A DNA stretch of 64,000 nucleotides from Spirochaetota bacterium (GCA_963664815.2 CAXXHB010000003.1:1280001-1344000), one strand, 5' to 3'; shown: positions 10,798 to 22,026, numbered from the stretch's first letter. The notes: generated from the letters alone by a model not told the origin. Made by a program: numbers and translations.

Positions 10798-11766
10798 ATG
10801 AATAGATTTAAAAGAAAAAAAAGGCTAAACCTGATTCTTATTATTATGCTTTTTCTATCATTGCTGCATTGTCAGACAACCGGGAATAAAGCCGTTTCAC
10901 AGGAAAAAACAACAACTGAACCGGGGATATCAAAAACTTTTATGAGGGCATTATATATCCCGAACCATCGTGGCCGTAACATTGAATATATCAAAACCCT
11001 GATAAATAAGGGGAAACCGTTCGGAATTAACATGCTTGTAATTGATGTACATTCATTTGGCAGTACAAAATTTAAAATCAACAGGAATGTGATGGAATTT
11101 CTTAAAAGTGAAAATATATATACGACAGCCCGTATTGTATGCTTTCAGGATGGAATTAATAAACTTCCGGTTTCTGAATTAAAACTGAAGGAACTGAATG
11201 CACTGGCATCATCAGCGGCGGATTCAGGATTCGATGAAATACAGCTGGATTATATAAGGTTTCAGGATGGAGGGATTTCATATCCTCTGAAAAAGAAATA
11301 TGCAATCATAGAGGAGATACTTAAAAGTTTCCGCAAAATCACAGATGAAAAAAAGGTAAAACTCTCCGCTGATATATTTGGGCGTATTGTTTATAACCAG
11401 AACGATTTTATAGGACAGAAACTGGAAGTTTTTGCATTATATACGGATGTAATATATCCCATGCTTTACCCAAGCCATTATACCGGTGACCGCCATAGAA
11501 TGAGCGCTCCTGGTGAAACCGTTAAAGAGGGAATCTTAAAGGGGCTGAAACGCCTGGAGGGTAAAAGTGTTGCAATACAACCATATATACAGGCATTTCC
11601 ATATAACATACAGTATGCCAGGGTAAAACTGGATCAGTATGTAGCTATGCAGATAAAAGGAGTTGAGGACACAGGCGCAAGAGGATGGGTCGCATGGAAC
11701 CCAAATGGTGATTATTCGTCAGTTTTCAATGCTTTAAATAATGGTATGGTTGTTATACAGAGGTAG
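10798..11766 (+). CDS. Putative glycoside hydrolase (DUF4015/GHL-like TIM barrel), probable lipoprotein
   Basis: Lipobox-like LLHC; GFDEIQLDYIRF, SADIFG, IGQ, PMLYPSHY, PYIQAF, WVAWNP. Confidence 0.8.
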   Translation: MNRFKRKKRLNLILIIMLFLSLLHCQTTGNKAVSQEKTTTEPGISKTFMRALYIPNHRGRNIEYIKTLINKGKPFGINMLVIDVHSFGSTKFKINRNVMEFLKSENIYTTARIVCFQDGINKLPVSELKLKELNALASSAADSGFDEIQLDYIRFQDGGISYPLKKKYAIIEEILKSFRKITDEKKVKLSADIFGRIVYNQNDFIGQKLEVFALYTDVIYPMLYPSHYTGDRHRMSAPGETVKEGILKGLKRLEGKSVAIQPYIQAFPYNIQYARVKLDQYVAMQIKGVEDTGARGWVAWNPNGDYSSVFNALNNGMVVIQR

Positions 11767-11776
11767 AATTTTATTA

Positions 11777-12703
11777 ATGAAAACAATTGATAACAATGCG
11801 GAAACCATATATAACGAGCTGCTGAAACATGTAACTGAAAAAAAGCTTAAAGAAATCAGTGTCGATGTAATCAACAGCTATAAGATAAAAGATCTGAATT
11901 CACTTCTGAGGTATGCTGATATTCTTGAATTCGATGCGGCGGGGATGAATATAAGCCGTCTTTTTGCCCGTATTATACAGAATTATCATCCGGACAAAAC
12001 TGCGATAATACTCTCTGCTATTGAAGAGAGTTTAAAACAAAATCAGGTAAGCGAACTGCTCCGTTATAAAAGAATATATATATTCAACAGGCGCAAAACA
12101 TCAGGGGTAGTCAAGAAATTCGAAATAGATACGAATGAAACATATTCTTACAGTGATGATAATTTCGGATATAGTGAAAAAGACGAAGCATTTGATGATA
12201 AGACTGATGAATTTGAATATGAAGAAAACATAGATGATATAGTTGTTGATGAAATAAATCCGTTTGAGTATGGATTTATTGAAGCGATAAACAGGATGAT
12301 TTTCGGAGGAATAGATGATTCTGTTACTGTTGAAGATCTTCATAATCTTGAGGGTGAACTTGATCTTTCAGACTCCGAGATTGTTGACCTCAGGGGGATT
12401 GAGCATTGCAGAAATATTACAATGCTTAATCTATCAGGTAATCACATTTATAAAATTGATCGTCTTTCCGGTCTTGAAATGCTGGAGTATCTCTATATAT
12501 CCGATAACAGCATAGAATCCATTGATTCTCTTGCTAATCTCCAGAATATCAAAGAACTGGATATCTCCTTCAACAGCATTGAGGATATATCAGTTCTGCT
12601 GGGACTCAATGAACTGGTTTATGTAAACATCATGGATAATCCTGTAAAAAATAAAGGTATTTTAAAAAAACTTGAAGAACGCGGCGTGATTGTAATTTCA
12701 TGA
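11777..12703 (+). CDS. Leucine-rich repeat protein with N-terminal HPDK (J-domain-like) segment and acidic linker
   Basis: C-terminal internalin-type LRRs (LNLSGNHI, LYISDNSI, LDISFNSI); QNYHPDK near the N-terminus. Confidence 0.8.
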   Translation: MKTIDNNAETIYNELLKHVTEKKLKEISVDVINSYKIKDLNSLLRYADILEFDAAGMNISRLFARIIQNYHPDKTAIILSAIEESLKQNQVSELLRYKRIYIFNRRKTSGVVKKFEIDTNETYSYSDDNFGYSEKDEAFDDKTDEFEYEENIDDIVVDEINPFEYGFIEAINRMIFGGIDDSVTVEDLHNLEGELDLSDSEIVDLRGIEHCRNITMLNLSGNHIYKIDRLSGLEMLEYLYISDNSIESIDSLANLQNIKELDISFNSIEDISVLLGLNELVYVNIMDNPVKNKGILKKLEERGVIVIS

Positions 12704-12740
12704 ATTATTATTTACTGATAAGCGAAGAATTGACTAAAAT

Positions 12741-14009
12741 ATGTTAATACCGGAAAAAATTAAAAATTATTTTAAAAGGGATTATATTCAGGATTTTGAA
12801 ACGCTTAAATTCCTGAGATACATCGGCCCGGGGCTTCTTGTCACAGTGGGCTTTATCGATCCGGGGAACTGGGCTTCAAATATTGCTGCCGGATCAGAAT
12901 ACGGCTATACTCTTCTCTGGATGGTGACTCTTTCCACAATTATGCTTGTTATTCTTCAGCATAATGTGGCGCATCTTGGCATTGCTTCCGGGCTATGTCT
13001 TGCAGAGGCAACTTCGTTTCATACACCGGCATGGATTGCCAACATTACACTTATCACGTCAATGTTTGCAGTGATCGCAACTTCACTGGCTGAAATCCTT
13101 GGCGCTGCAATTGGTCTCAATATGCTTTTTAAAATACCATTATTACCCGGAACAATTTTTTCAGCTGTTCTTGTTCTGGTATTCTTATTCACAAACTCAT
13201 ATAAACGGCTTGAAAAATTTATTATAGGATTCGTATCTATTATAGGATTATCCTTTCTGTATGAGTTGACATTATTGAAAATTGACTGGAATTCAGCTGT
13301 CGTCGGATGGATTGTACCTTCAATTCCTCATGGATCAATGCCTGTTATAATGAGTGTGCTTGGTGCCGTGGTGATGCCTCATAATCTTTTTCTTCACTCT
13401 GAAATAATTCAGAGCAGGCAGTGGAATCTTGAAAATGACAGAATTATAAAGAAACAGCTCGATTTCGAATTTTTAGATACTCTTTTTTCAATGGGTATAG
13501 GCTGGGCAATTAACAGTGCTATAATAATTCTTGCTGCTGCGGCATTCTATACAAACAAAATAACTGTTTCGGAACTTCAACAGGCGGAATCTATGTTGAC
13601 TCCTATAGCGGATAATATGGCATCTGTTATTTTCGCAACAGCTCTTCTGTTCGCAGGAATATCTTCAAGTGTTACTGCAGGCATGGCTGGAGGCTCAATT
13701 TTTGCAGGTATGTTCAAGGAACCGTACAATATCAGGGACAAACATTCCCGTATCGGGTTAGTTCTGACAATAGTTGCTGCAGTACTGATTATTTTTTTTA
13801 TTCATGATCCTTACAGGGGACTGATAATGTCGCAGATGTTTTTAAGTATACAACTGCCTGTAACAGTTTTTATGCAGATATATCTTACAAGTTCAAAAAA
13901 AGTTATGGGGAAATATTCAAACGGAAAATTTACTCTGACACTTCTTATGATAATCGGGTGTATAGTCACTGTGCTGAATGTTATGCTGCTGATAAGTTAT
14001 TTTAATTAA
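12741..14009 (+). CDS. mntH: Nramp-family divalent metal (Mn2+/Fe2+) transporter
   Basis: GPGLLVTVGFIDPGNW, GAVVMPHNLFLHS; multiple TM helices. Confidence 0.95.
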   Translation: MLIPEKIKNYFKRDYIQDFETLKFLRYIGPGLLVTVGFIDPGNWASNIAAGSEYGYTLLWMVTLSTIMLVILQHNVAHLGIASGLCLAEATSFHTPAWIANITLITSMFAVIATSLAEILGAAIGLNMLFKIPLLPGTIFSAVLVLVFLFTNSYKRLEKFIIGFVSIIGLSFLYELTLLKIDWNSAVVGWIVPSIPHGSMPVIMSVLGAVVMPHNLFLHSEIIQSRQWNLENDRIIKKQLDFEFLDTLFSMGIGWAINSAIIILAAAAFYTNKITVSELQQAESMLTPIADNMASVIFATALLFAGISSSVTAGMAGGSIFAGMFKEPYNIRDKHSRIGLVLTIVAAVLIIFFIHDPYRGLIMSQMFLSIQLPVTVFMQIYLTSSKKVMGKYSNGKFTLTLLMIIGCIVTVLNVMLLISYFN

Positions 14010-14431
14010 TTATAGTTTAATATATTCAGATTAATGGCAGAACCTGGAATTATAACTACAATTAAAATATTGGAATTTGATACTGTGCATCTTTGTCAGG
14101 TTCAGCGGAATTTTATAAAGCAGATTCTTTCCGGTGATCTTGATGTTAAAATCTCAGTAAAATTACGTAAAATTTTACGAAGCTATAGACTTTTTCCGCT
14201 TTTATTGTTTAATTATATGTAAACCTTTTTTCCTTCTTATTCGTTATGTAAATTCAATAAATAAATCAGGATTTTTTAATATTAGGTTTGTTTTGATCTG
14301 GTTAATGTTAATACACTTTATGCTGGGGTTAATATTCATGTTTTGGTGTTTCGGTCTTATATATAAGTGCAGAACTATTGTGGCAGTTTTAATTATACTT
14401 TTTGTCTGGTAGTCTATCTTCGGAGGATGTG

Positions 14432-16888
14432 ATGCGGGAAATAAAATTAACAGAAATAAAGAAACGGCTGATGTGGAATTTCAGCCTTATATTGCTGCTT
14501 GATCCCCTGATCAATACAATCCTTTTAATGACGCGCGGCAATAATGCGGAGCAGATTAAAAGGATTATTTTTATACTGCTATTTGGAGTTGTTATATGTC
14601 TTGCCACAATATTCATTTATCACCTGGTAACTAATAAGCTTCAGAGAATGATAAATGAAAATATTCGCGACGAGGCGGCAATCCGTTTCGGGAAAAATCT
14701 TCCGCGTAATGTGTCGATCCTTTTCTGCACACCGTTACTTTCCTCATCAATAATGTTATCTACAGTTTCTTATATTATTGGGTTGATTGTCAGTCCTTAT
14801 CAGGTGATCTTTTATTATTTGAAAGATATTCTTCTTATGGGGGGGCTTACCTTTTTTCATTATTACAGATTCAAAATTATATTATATCCTGTATCGATTG
14901 CGGTTAACTTGCGTTCTCTCTCCATCTTTGAAAAGCTTCTTGCTCCTATTTTGAGCTTTATTATTGTGATTCTCCTGTTTGTGGGATTTGGGATTTATTC
15001 AATCAATGTGAACAGGACTATGGAATTCAACAGGTTTAATACTATTACGAGTACTGAAAAAGCCCGCCTTGCTCTGGATCGGGAGTTTGGAAATGTTATA
15101 ACGGAACTGAAATCTTATATGAACCTGGTGAATATTTCCGGAATATCGGCAGGAGAAGCTGCTGCTGTTTCTAAAAAAGTTTTCAGTAAAAGGATTAATA
15201 ACAATATGGAAACTCTTTTTATCTCAAAGGTTAATGGTGAAAGCTATACTAATAACAATAATATAATAAATCTTACCGACAGGGATTATTTCAGGGAGAT
15301 AGTCCGTACCAACACTGTGGCATGGTCGGATATGGTTCAAAGTCGTGATACAGGTAATAAAATTATAGTATGTGCTGTGCCTTACCTTGTAAATGGGAAA
15401 ACAGCAGGGGCAATCGGTGCTACTATTAATGTAGATTCAATAAAAAAAATTGTAGACGATGTCAGTGAAAGTGACGAAACAAAATATTTTCTTATGAACA
15501 GCGCAGGAAAAATTATATACCATCCGGAAAGCCGTTTTATTGACAAGATTATTGGAAAAGATCTTCTGGATAAAAACGGGAAGGATTTGATGGCTTTTGT
15601 TAAAGGGAATGATTCAGATTTCAACAGTTTTATAATAAATGATAAACCTCTCATGCTGAGGAAAATAAAGCTTCAGACAACCGGTCATTATCTGGTTTCA
15701 ACAACATATGAAAAATTTCTCATGAAACGTATCAATGCTGTAATTTTGAATGTTATGATTGGCATCATGTTTATAAATATTTTCATTTTTGTTATTATAT
15801 ATAAAATAGGGCTGAATTTTTCAACACCTATACGCAATACAATTGAAGTTTTCCGAAGACTCTCGGAAGGTGATCTCAAAGCAAAGAGCGACGATTATCT
15901 GCCTGATGAGTTCGGTGATATGATTATTAATCTGAAGAAATTTCAGAAAAGAATAACCGAGGTAGTGAACTCCGCTTTGAATTCATCAAACCAGCTTGCA
16001 GCATCCGCTGAAGAATTGTCAGCAACAAGTACATCGCTTGCTGACAGCGCGCAGGCACAGGCTGCCGCGGTGGAAGAGGCAACAGCGTCACTTGAGGAAA
16101 TCTCTGCTTCAAATGAATCTATAGCTGATAATTCAAAGATCCAGTCTGATCATGCCAAGGATACCTACAGGCTTATTGAAGAACTGGGAGAACTGATAAA
16201 AGCTGTCAACAGCGATGCCATAACAACCCTTAAAGTTGCGAATGATACCACAAATGAGGCCCTAAAAGGGAATGACCTTATGCAGAATACCATCGCCGGA
16301 ATGAACAGTCTCAACGATAATTCACGTAAAATTGCCGAGATGGTTTCCCTGATAGGGGATATATCTGACCAGGTGAATCTCCTTGCTCTGAATGCGGCGA
16401 TAGAAGCTGCAAGGGCAGGTGAACATGGCAGGGGCTTTGCCGTCGTTGCAGATGAAATTGGTAAACTGGCGGAACAGACTGCCGATTCGGCTAAAAATAT
16501 AACAAATCTCGTATCGAATGGTGTAAAGTCAGCAAGGCAGGGAATCCAGGATATTAATGATACATCCAAAGCTCTGGAAAATATTATCAATTTCATAAAT
16601 AAAACAAAAGAGCTGGTACAGAAAATAGCCCAGTCCACGGAAACACAGGCTAAGGCGGGTGAAGAAGTCACAAGCGCTACAAAACTTGTAATGGAGATGT
16701 CAGATAATATATCAAATTCGACACACGAACAGACTATAACGCATCAGGAAATTTCAAAGACAATGGACCAGATAAATGATCAGACTCAACAGCAGGCTTC
16801 CGGGGCAGAGGAGATTGCGTCATCGGCTGAAGAGATAAGTGCTCAGGCGGAAAATATGAAAAATCAGCTGGAGTTTTTTAAAATCTGA
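14432..16888 (+). CDS. Methyl-accepting chemotaxis protein with multi-TM N-terminus and dCache domain
   Basis: DRDYF dCache signature, [36 protein letters not shown]. Start after GGAGG at 14422. Confidence 0.95.
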   Translation: MREIKLTEIKKRLMWNFSLILLLDPLINTILLMTRGNNAEQIKRIIFILLFGVVICLATIFIYHLVTNKLQRMINENIRDEAAIRFGKNLPRNVSILFCTPLLSSSIMLSTVSYIIGLIVSPYQVIFYYLKDILLMGGLTFFHYYRFKIILYPVSIAVNLRSLSIFEKLLAPILSFIIVILLFVGFGIYSINVNRTMEFNRFNTITSTEKARLALDREFGNVITELKSYMNLVNISGISAGEAAAVSKKVFSKRINNNMETLFISKVNGESYTNNNNIINLTDRDYFREIVRTNTVAWSDMVQSRDTGNKIIVCAVPYLVNGKTAGAIGATINVDSIKKIVDDVSESDETKYFLMNSAGKIIYHPESRFIDKIIGKDLLDKNGKDLMAFVKGNDSDFNSFIINDKPLMLRKIKLQTTGHYLVSTTYEKFLMKRINAVILNVMIGIMFINIFIFVIIYKIGLNFSTPIRNTIEVFRRLSEGDLKAKSDDYLPDEFGDMIINLKKFQKRITEVVNSALNSSNQLAASAEELSATSTSLADSAQAQAAAVEEATASLEEISASNESIADNSKIQSDHAKDTYRLIEELGELIKAVNSDAITTLKVANDTTNEALKGNDLMQNTIAGMNSLNDNSRKIAEMVSLIGDISDQVNLLALNAAIEAARAGEHGRGFAVVADEIGKLAEQTADSAKNITNLVSNGVKSARQGIQDINDTSKALENIINFINKTKELVQKIAQSTETQAKAGEEVTSATKLVMEMSDNISNSTHEQTITHQEISKTMDQINDQTQQQASGAEEIASSAEEISAQAENMKNQLEFFKI

Positions 16889-17192
16889 TAACTTCTGGAA
16901 ATACAACTGAAAAGTAATGTTCTTAGTATTTTTAAAATTTATCACGAAAAATAATTCATAACAATAATTCAATATTTGTATGGTAACGATTAATTTCCTT
17001 TAAATAAAACTTTAAAAAAGTGTAATAATATTTTTTTATATTTTTTTTAATGACAGTTCATAGCCATATTATTTATTGATATATATTCCCCGTTTATTAA
17101 GGAGCAATCTAAATATTCAGTATATAAGCTTCGTAATTGATTTATCCCATATTCATTGAAATGAAATACATAATTATACAGATAAAGATTAA

Positions 17193-19295
17193 ATGGTGAA
17201 AAATAAAATTTTTAACAGATTACTGAAATCAGCGGGTTTTATAAAAGTTCATAATGAAAAGTACATTATTGTGAAAGCATTTGAATCTGCAGCTAACGCT
17301 GTAGTCATCACTGACATCAGAGGAAAAATACTATGGGTGAACGAATCCTATTTAAAAGTAACAGGATACAAAAGGGATGAAGTTGTTGATAATTATATTG
17401 ATGTTCTTTTAAATTCGGAGAGATATGATGAAGAATTTTATAAAAATATACTGAATAAACTACTGACAGACGGGATCTGGAGGGGTATTCTTGTTTACGA
17501 AAAAAAAGATGGAACGCTGTATCCCGAAGAACAGACAATAACACCTTTTCGAGATGAAAAGGGTGAAGTTACAGGGTTTATAAGCGTACAGATTGATATT
17601 AAAGAAAAAACCGGTATTGAACAGGATCAGACGGAGAGCAGAAAAAGACTGGAATTGTTTTTCAGGCAGTCTCCGGATGGATTCTTTTTTATGATTCTGG
17701 ATGAGCCTGTAAAGTGGGATGAAAACTCTGACAAAGAGACTCTCCTTGATTATATTTTTGCACACCTGAAAATTACCCATGTCAATCAGGCTTTGATTGT
17801 CCAGTCCGGTGGTACTTTTGAAGAATACATCGGGTTAACTCCATCTGATATTTATAAGCATAATATTCCTGAAGGGAGAAGAGTCTGGAAAGATTTTTTT
17901 GACAGCGGCATTAAACATATAGAGACAATAGCAAGAAAATTTGATGGTACTCCGTTTTATATTGAAGGTGATTATTTTGTAATATATGATAATTATGGCC
18001 GCATCCTGGGGAGCTTCGGAATTCACAGAGATATTACGTTAAGGAAAAAAAATGAAGAAGCATTGAAGCAGAAAAGCGAGGAGATGGAGCGTTTTTTTAC
18101 AGTGACTCTTGATCTTCTGTGTATTATCGATACTGAAGGCTATTTCATAAGGGTTAACAGGGAGTGGGAGAGGATACTCGGTTATTCAATGGATGAACTT
18201 GAAGGGAGAAGCTTCATGGAATTTGTACATCCGGATGATATACAATCCACAAACCGGTTTCTTGAGGCTTTAACTGACCAGGTGCCGGTTCTTAATTTTA
18301 CAAACAGATACCGCAACAGTGAAGGTAATTACAGGTTCATTGAATGGCGCTCTTATCCAACCGGAAAATATATTTATACTGCCGCAAGGGATATTACCGA
18401 AAGAATAAATTATGAACTTGAACTGAATAAACTTGCCGAGCGATTGACACTAGCAACTGAATCTGCGGGAATGGGCATATGGGACTGGGATATAGTAAAT
18501 AATGTAATTATCTGGGATAGCCAGATGTACAATCTATACGGAATAAAAGAGGATGTAACAGAGGGATTATACGGTTTATGGGAAAAAAAAATTCATCCGG
18601 ATGACCGCAAGTCAATTGTATCATTTTTCTCATCAGGCGTGAAGGAGCTTTCAACTTTTAAAGGGAGTTTCAGAATTATATGGCCAGACGGGACAATACA
18701 TTATCTGGAGGGTCACGCTCAGGTAATCAGGGGCCTGGATGGAAAGGCTGAGAGAATTACAGGTGTAACACGCGATATAACCGAGAGTAAAAAAATGGAG
18801 GAGAAACTTGTTGCTCTCTCAACAACGGACCCGCTGACATGCGCGTATAACAGACGCTATCTTTTAATTGTGCTTGAATCTGAAATCAACAGAGCCGTCA
18901 GGTATAATGCTGTTTTTTCGCTTATTATGTTTGATCTGGATCATTTCAAGCATATTAATGATAACTTTGGTCATGATGCAGGTGATGAAATCCTTAAAAA
19001 AATAGTAGCTATGATGAATCGAAGGATACGCAGGAATGATGTTCTCGCAAGATGGGGAGGGGAAGAATTTATGATACTTCTTCCCGGAACAGGTCTTGAT
19101 AGTGCCGGGATATTTGCTGATAAGCTCATAAATGAAGTGAGGAATATGTCATTCAGCCTGTCAGGGAATATAACCGCAAGTTTCGGTGTAACAGAATACC
19201 GCAGGAATGAAACATCAGATTCGGTGCTGAAACGTGTGGATGAACTGGTTTATCTTGCGAAGAATGAGGGGCGTAATTGTGTAAGAGCCTCATAA
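17193..19295 (+). CDS. Multi-PAS diguanylate cyclase
   Basis: Four PAS/PAC domains; DLDHFKHIND, RRND I-site, GGEEF active site. Confidence 0.95.
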   Translation: MVKNKIFNRLLKSAGFIKVHNEKYIIVKAFESAANAVVITDIRGKILWVNESYLKVTGYKRDEVVDNYIDVLLNSERYDEEFYKNILNKLLTDGIWRGILVYEKKDGTLYPEEQTITPFRDEKGEVTGFISVQIDIKEKTGIEQDQTESRKRLELFFRQSPDGFFFMILDEPVKWDENSDKETLLDYIFAHLKITHVNQALIVQSGGTFEEYIGLTPSDIYKHNIPEGRRVWKDFFDSGIKHIETIARKFDGTPFYIEGDYFVIYDNYGRILGSFGIHRDITLRKKNEEALKQKSEEMERFFTVTLDLLCIIDTEGYFIRVNREWERILGYSMDELEGRSFMEFVHPDDIQSTNRFLEALTDQVPVLNFTNRYRNSEGNYRFIEWRSYPTGKYIYTAARDITERINYELELNKLAERLTLATESAGMGIWDWDIVNNVIIWDSQMYNLYGIKEDVTEGLYGLWEKKIHPDDRKSIVSFFSSGVKELSTFKGSFRIIWPDGTIHYLEGHAQVIRGLDGKAERITGVTRDITESKKMEEKLVALSTTDPLTCAYNRRYLLIVLESEINRAVRYNAVFSLIMFDLDHFKHINDNFGHDAGDEILKKIVAMMNRRIRRNDVLARWGGEEFMILLPGTGLDSAGIFADKLINEVRNMSFSLSGNITASFGVTEYRRNETSDSVLKRVDELVYLAKNEGRNCVRAS

Positions 19296-19326
19296 CCGGA
19301 TTCATTAACAAATCAATGAAATAAAA

Positions 19327-19355
19327 TTGACTCTTTAATTGATAGAATATATAAT
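19327..19355 (+). promoter_or_regulatory. Sigma70-type promoter TTGACT-N17-TATAAT upstream of the His-rich gene
   Basis: TTGACT at 19327-19332, 17-nt spacer, TATAAT at 19350-19355. Confidence 0.75.
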
Positions 19356-19550
19356 AGATATGTTGTGAAACTGCATCAAACACTTGCAGTGGTTAGACTC
19401 TGTTTTTATGAAGCTGGGTTCGGGGTTGCGTTGTGTTTGTTCACAGGTCAGTGCCCTTAATAAAGTCCGATCAGGGATTCCTGAGAGCAAAAAACGCCAG
19501 TTTGTAAACAACTCTGTTATTTAATTTTTATTTTTTATATGGAGGAAATT

Positions 19551-19814
19551 ATGAAGGAAAAAGAGGAATATAAACAGGAACATTCTCATCCCCATGTTCA
19601 CAGGCATACGCATGAACATCATCATGAGTTTGGACAGGTACATATTCATCCTCATGAACATGAGCACTCTCATATACATGAGCATATTTATATTCATCCT
19701 TCAGAAAAACGTGAAGGAGAAAGCATTCATGACCATATTCATGACGCGGAACATGGTAAACATGAACACTCTCACTTAAAAGATGAGATAGAATTACATA
19801 ATCATAAACATTAG
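19551..19814 (+). CDS. Histidine-rich small protein (HxH repeats), probable Ni/Co/Zn binder
   Basis: GGAGG RBS at 19541; 28 His in 87 aa. Confidence 0.8.
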   Translation: MKEKEEYKQEHSHPHVHRHTHEHHHEFGQVHIHPHEHEHSHIHEHIYIHPSEKREGESIHDHIHDAEHGKHEHSHLKDEIELHNHKH

Positions 19815-19857
19815 ATTTTATTTGACAATAAGTTCTTTTTTAAGGATAATTATAAAC

Positions 19858-19887
19858 AAAAAACCCGGTTATTTTACCGGGTTTTTT
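19858..19887. terminator. Bidirectional intrinsic terminator between the His-rich gene and csp
   Basis: AAAAAACCCGGT-tatttt-ACCGGGTTTTTT between convergent genes. Confidence 0.85.
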
Positions 19888-19913
19888 ACAGGTTTAAAAT
19901 ATAACGTAATTAT

Positions 19914-20114
19914 TTATATTACAGAGACCTGCACTGCTCTTGGGCCCCTGTCAGTTTTTTCGATATCAAATTGAACGCTGGCACCTTCTTTAAGGGTTTT
20001 AAAGCCTTCACCAAGTATACTTGAGTGGTGAACAAAATAATCTTTACCATCTGTAGCTGAAATAAAACCATAACCTTTTTGGTCGTTAAACCATTTAACT
20101 GTTCCTTGAGACAT
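19914..20114 (-). CDS. cspA: Cold-shock protein
   Basis: GTVKWFN, KGYGFI (RNP1), YFVHHS (RNP2). Confidence 0.96.
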   Translation of the reverse strand: MSQGTVKWFNDQKGYGFISATDGKDYFVHHSSILGEGFKTLKEGASVQFDIEKTDRGPRAVQVSVI

Positions 20115-20236
20115 TGTTGAGCTCCTGAGTGTTTAATAAGGGTTACCCCCGTCTGATCGGGCGTTAAATACTGCTATGAAGTTAACCTTGAGAGGCGAAC
20201 TAGAAGAATTTACGAAGCCTAATCTAACTTACAGTC

Positions 20237-20264
20237 TTTATAATTGATATACGATTTTTGTCAA
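20237..20264 (-). promoter_or_regulatory. Putative csp promoter TTGACA-N16-TATAAA, implying a ~115-nt 5' UTR
   Basis: Minus strand reads TTGACA AAAATCGTATATCAAT TATAAA; a long leader is typical of cspA-like mRNAs. Confidence 0.5.
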
Positions 20265-20328
20265 TTCTTAAATGTAATAAAGGTGTTTTTTTATATTTAT
20301 TGTATAATTCTGTAATAGTATAAAAAGC

Positions 20329-21813
20329 CTATCCTCTTAAACTTCGGTTTCTCCCCTCGGTTTTTGCTTTATAAAGTGCTGAATCCGCTCTTGCAAGAAT
20401 AGAATCGAGGGTATCACCTTTCCTGAATCCTGAAACTCCGCAGCTTATTGTTATATTGTGTTTATCAGATAATCCATTATCATGCTTTTTGAAGAATTCG
20501 CTTGTTTCAACCTGCTTTCTTATTCTCTCTGCAGCGAGAAGGGCGCTCTCCTCGTCGCCATGTGTCAGAATAATAAATTCATCCCCTCCCCATCTGACCA
20601 GTGTGTCTGTAAGTCTCATGACACTTCGTGCAATTACTGCCAGATTTTTTATTGATGAATCCCCTGTTATATGCCCCATTGTGTCATTTATGGTTTTAAA
20701 GTGATCTATATCGAAAATTATGAGTGAAAATGGAGTGCCGTTTCTGTTGTAGTTGTAGACTGATTTTCTGAATTGCAGGTCGAACTCTCTTCTGTTATTC
20801 GCGCCTGTAAGTTCATCTGTTGCTGCCATATATTCGAGCCTGCTCTGGAAATAATTAACAACGAAAATACAAATTCCTATAACAAGGCATGAGAGAATTA
20901 CTCCAAGGAAAAGGTTCGCAATAATGCTTTTCATTATAATACCCATCCTGGATTTTTCATCAATCTCAACAAATAAGAACCAGTTGAATTCAGGAATGTA
21001 TCTTACAGTCAGAAGAATATGTTCGTTGTTTCTGTTAAACTCATACATCGAAGTGGACTCTCTCGATGAAAGAATAACATCTGCTATATCCTTAATGCCT
21101 TTGAGTTTATGAATATCGGCATGCTCTGTCAGTTTTTCATTCGGATGAGCCTGAACTATCCCGTTTATGTTAACAAGGTACACAGTGCTGCCGTACACGT
21201 TCATATATGATTTCAGGAGAGCTGTTATGCTGTCCATTTTTAATCCTGCACCTGTTACACCCAGAAGATTTTTCCGGTAATCGAGAACCCTGTGATTGAT
21301 AAAAATTGTGAGAGTGTTCTTTTCAGCTTCGTTTGTATCTACATCAAGCTCATAATCATGCCCTGATTCAATAAATTTATAGTACCACTCATCATGTGCA
21401 TCATTTTTTGATATAACTTTTGTTATACCGTTGAAGTGATAGTATTTTTTTGTTTTTTCAGAGATAAAAAAAGTAGTAAAAAAACTGTACTTATCGTTAA
21501 TCTCTTTAAGGTATTTTATAATTTTCGAAGGATCGTTTTCCCCGGAAATAGCCCAGTCTTTTAAAAAAGTATCATTTGCCATAAGGGAGGAGAGAAAGAC
21601 CGGTCTTACAAGGTTGGTCTGTATTTCTGTGTAGATGTTATCCCTTGTGAGTGGTAAAACTCCATTAATCAGATTCTCCCTGACAGATTTCTGCGAGGCC
21701 TTATAGTTCAGATAATTGGAAATTACCAGACTCGATAATAATATAGTCGTAAGTGTAAGTGTGAGTTTCAATCTGATTGAAATCTTTCCGGCTGTTAACA
21801 GTTTTGATAACAT
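20329..21813 (-). CDS. Membrane-bound Cache-domain diguanylate cyclase
   Basis: Two TM segments around a Cache-like domain; DIDHFKTIND, RLTD I-site, GGDEF. Confidence 0.93.
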   Translation of the reverse strand: MLSKLLTAGKISIRLKLTLTLTTILLSSLVISNYLNYKASQKSVRENLINGVLPLTRDNIYTEIQTNLVRPVFLSSLMANDTFLKDWAISGENDPSKIIKYLKEINDKYSFFTTFFISEKTKKYYHFNGITKVISKNDAHDEWYYKFIESGHDYELDVDTNEAEKNTLTIFINHRVLDYRKNLLGVTGAGLKMDSITALLKSYMNVYGSTVYLVNINGIVQAHPNEKLTEHADIHKLKGIKDIADVILSSRESTSMYEFNRNNEHILLTVRYIPEFNWFLFVEIDEKSRMGIIMKSIIANLFLGVILSCLVIGICIFVVNYFQSRLEYMAATDELTGANNRREFDLQFRKSVYNYNRNGTPFSLIIFDIDHFKTINDTMGHITGDSSIKNLAVIARSVMRLTDTLVRWGGDEFIILTHGDEESALLAAERIRKQVETSEFFKKHDNGLSDKHNITISCGVSGFRKGDTLDSILARADSALYKAKTEGRNRSLRG

Positions 21814-22026
21814 ACATTTACCTGTCAGAGTGATATTTATTCTGATTGATTAAAAAATATAACGGGTTATGATTATAAAAGACTCTGATCCGTCTGATAA
21901 CTATAGTAATCTGCTTCAGATTTTTAGTAAACAAGGATTTATAATATGAAACTAAAATATTTAATGCCGGTTTTCATTGTGAAAAAAGTATACTTTCCGT
22001 GTGGATAAAAAATGCAGATAAAAAAT

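Noticed and set aside
14034-14222. 62-aa ORF after mntH
   Set aside because: No RBS or recognisable motif; AT-rich intergenic sequence.
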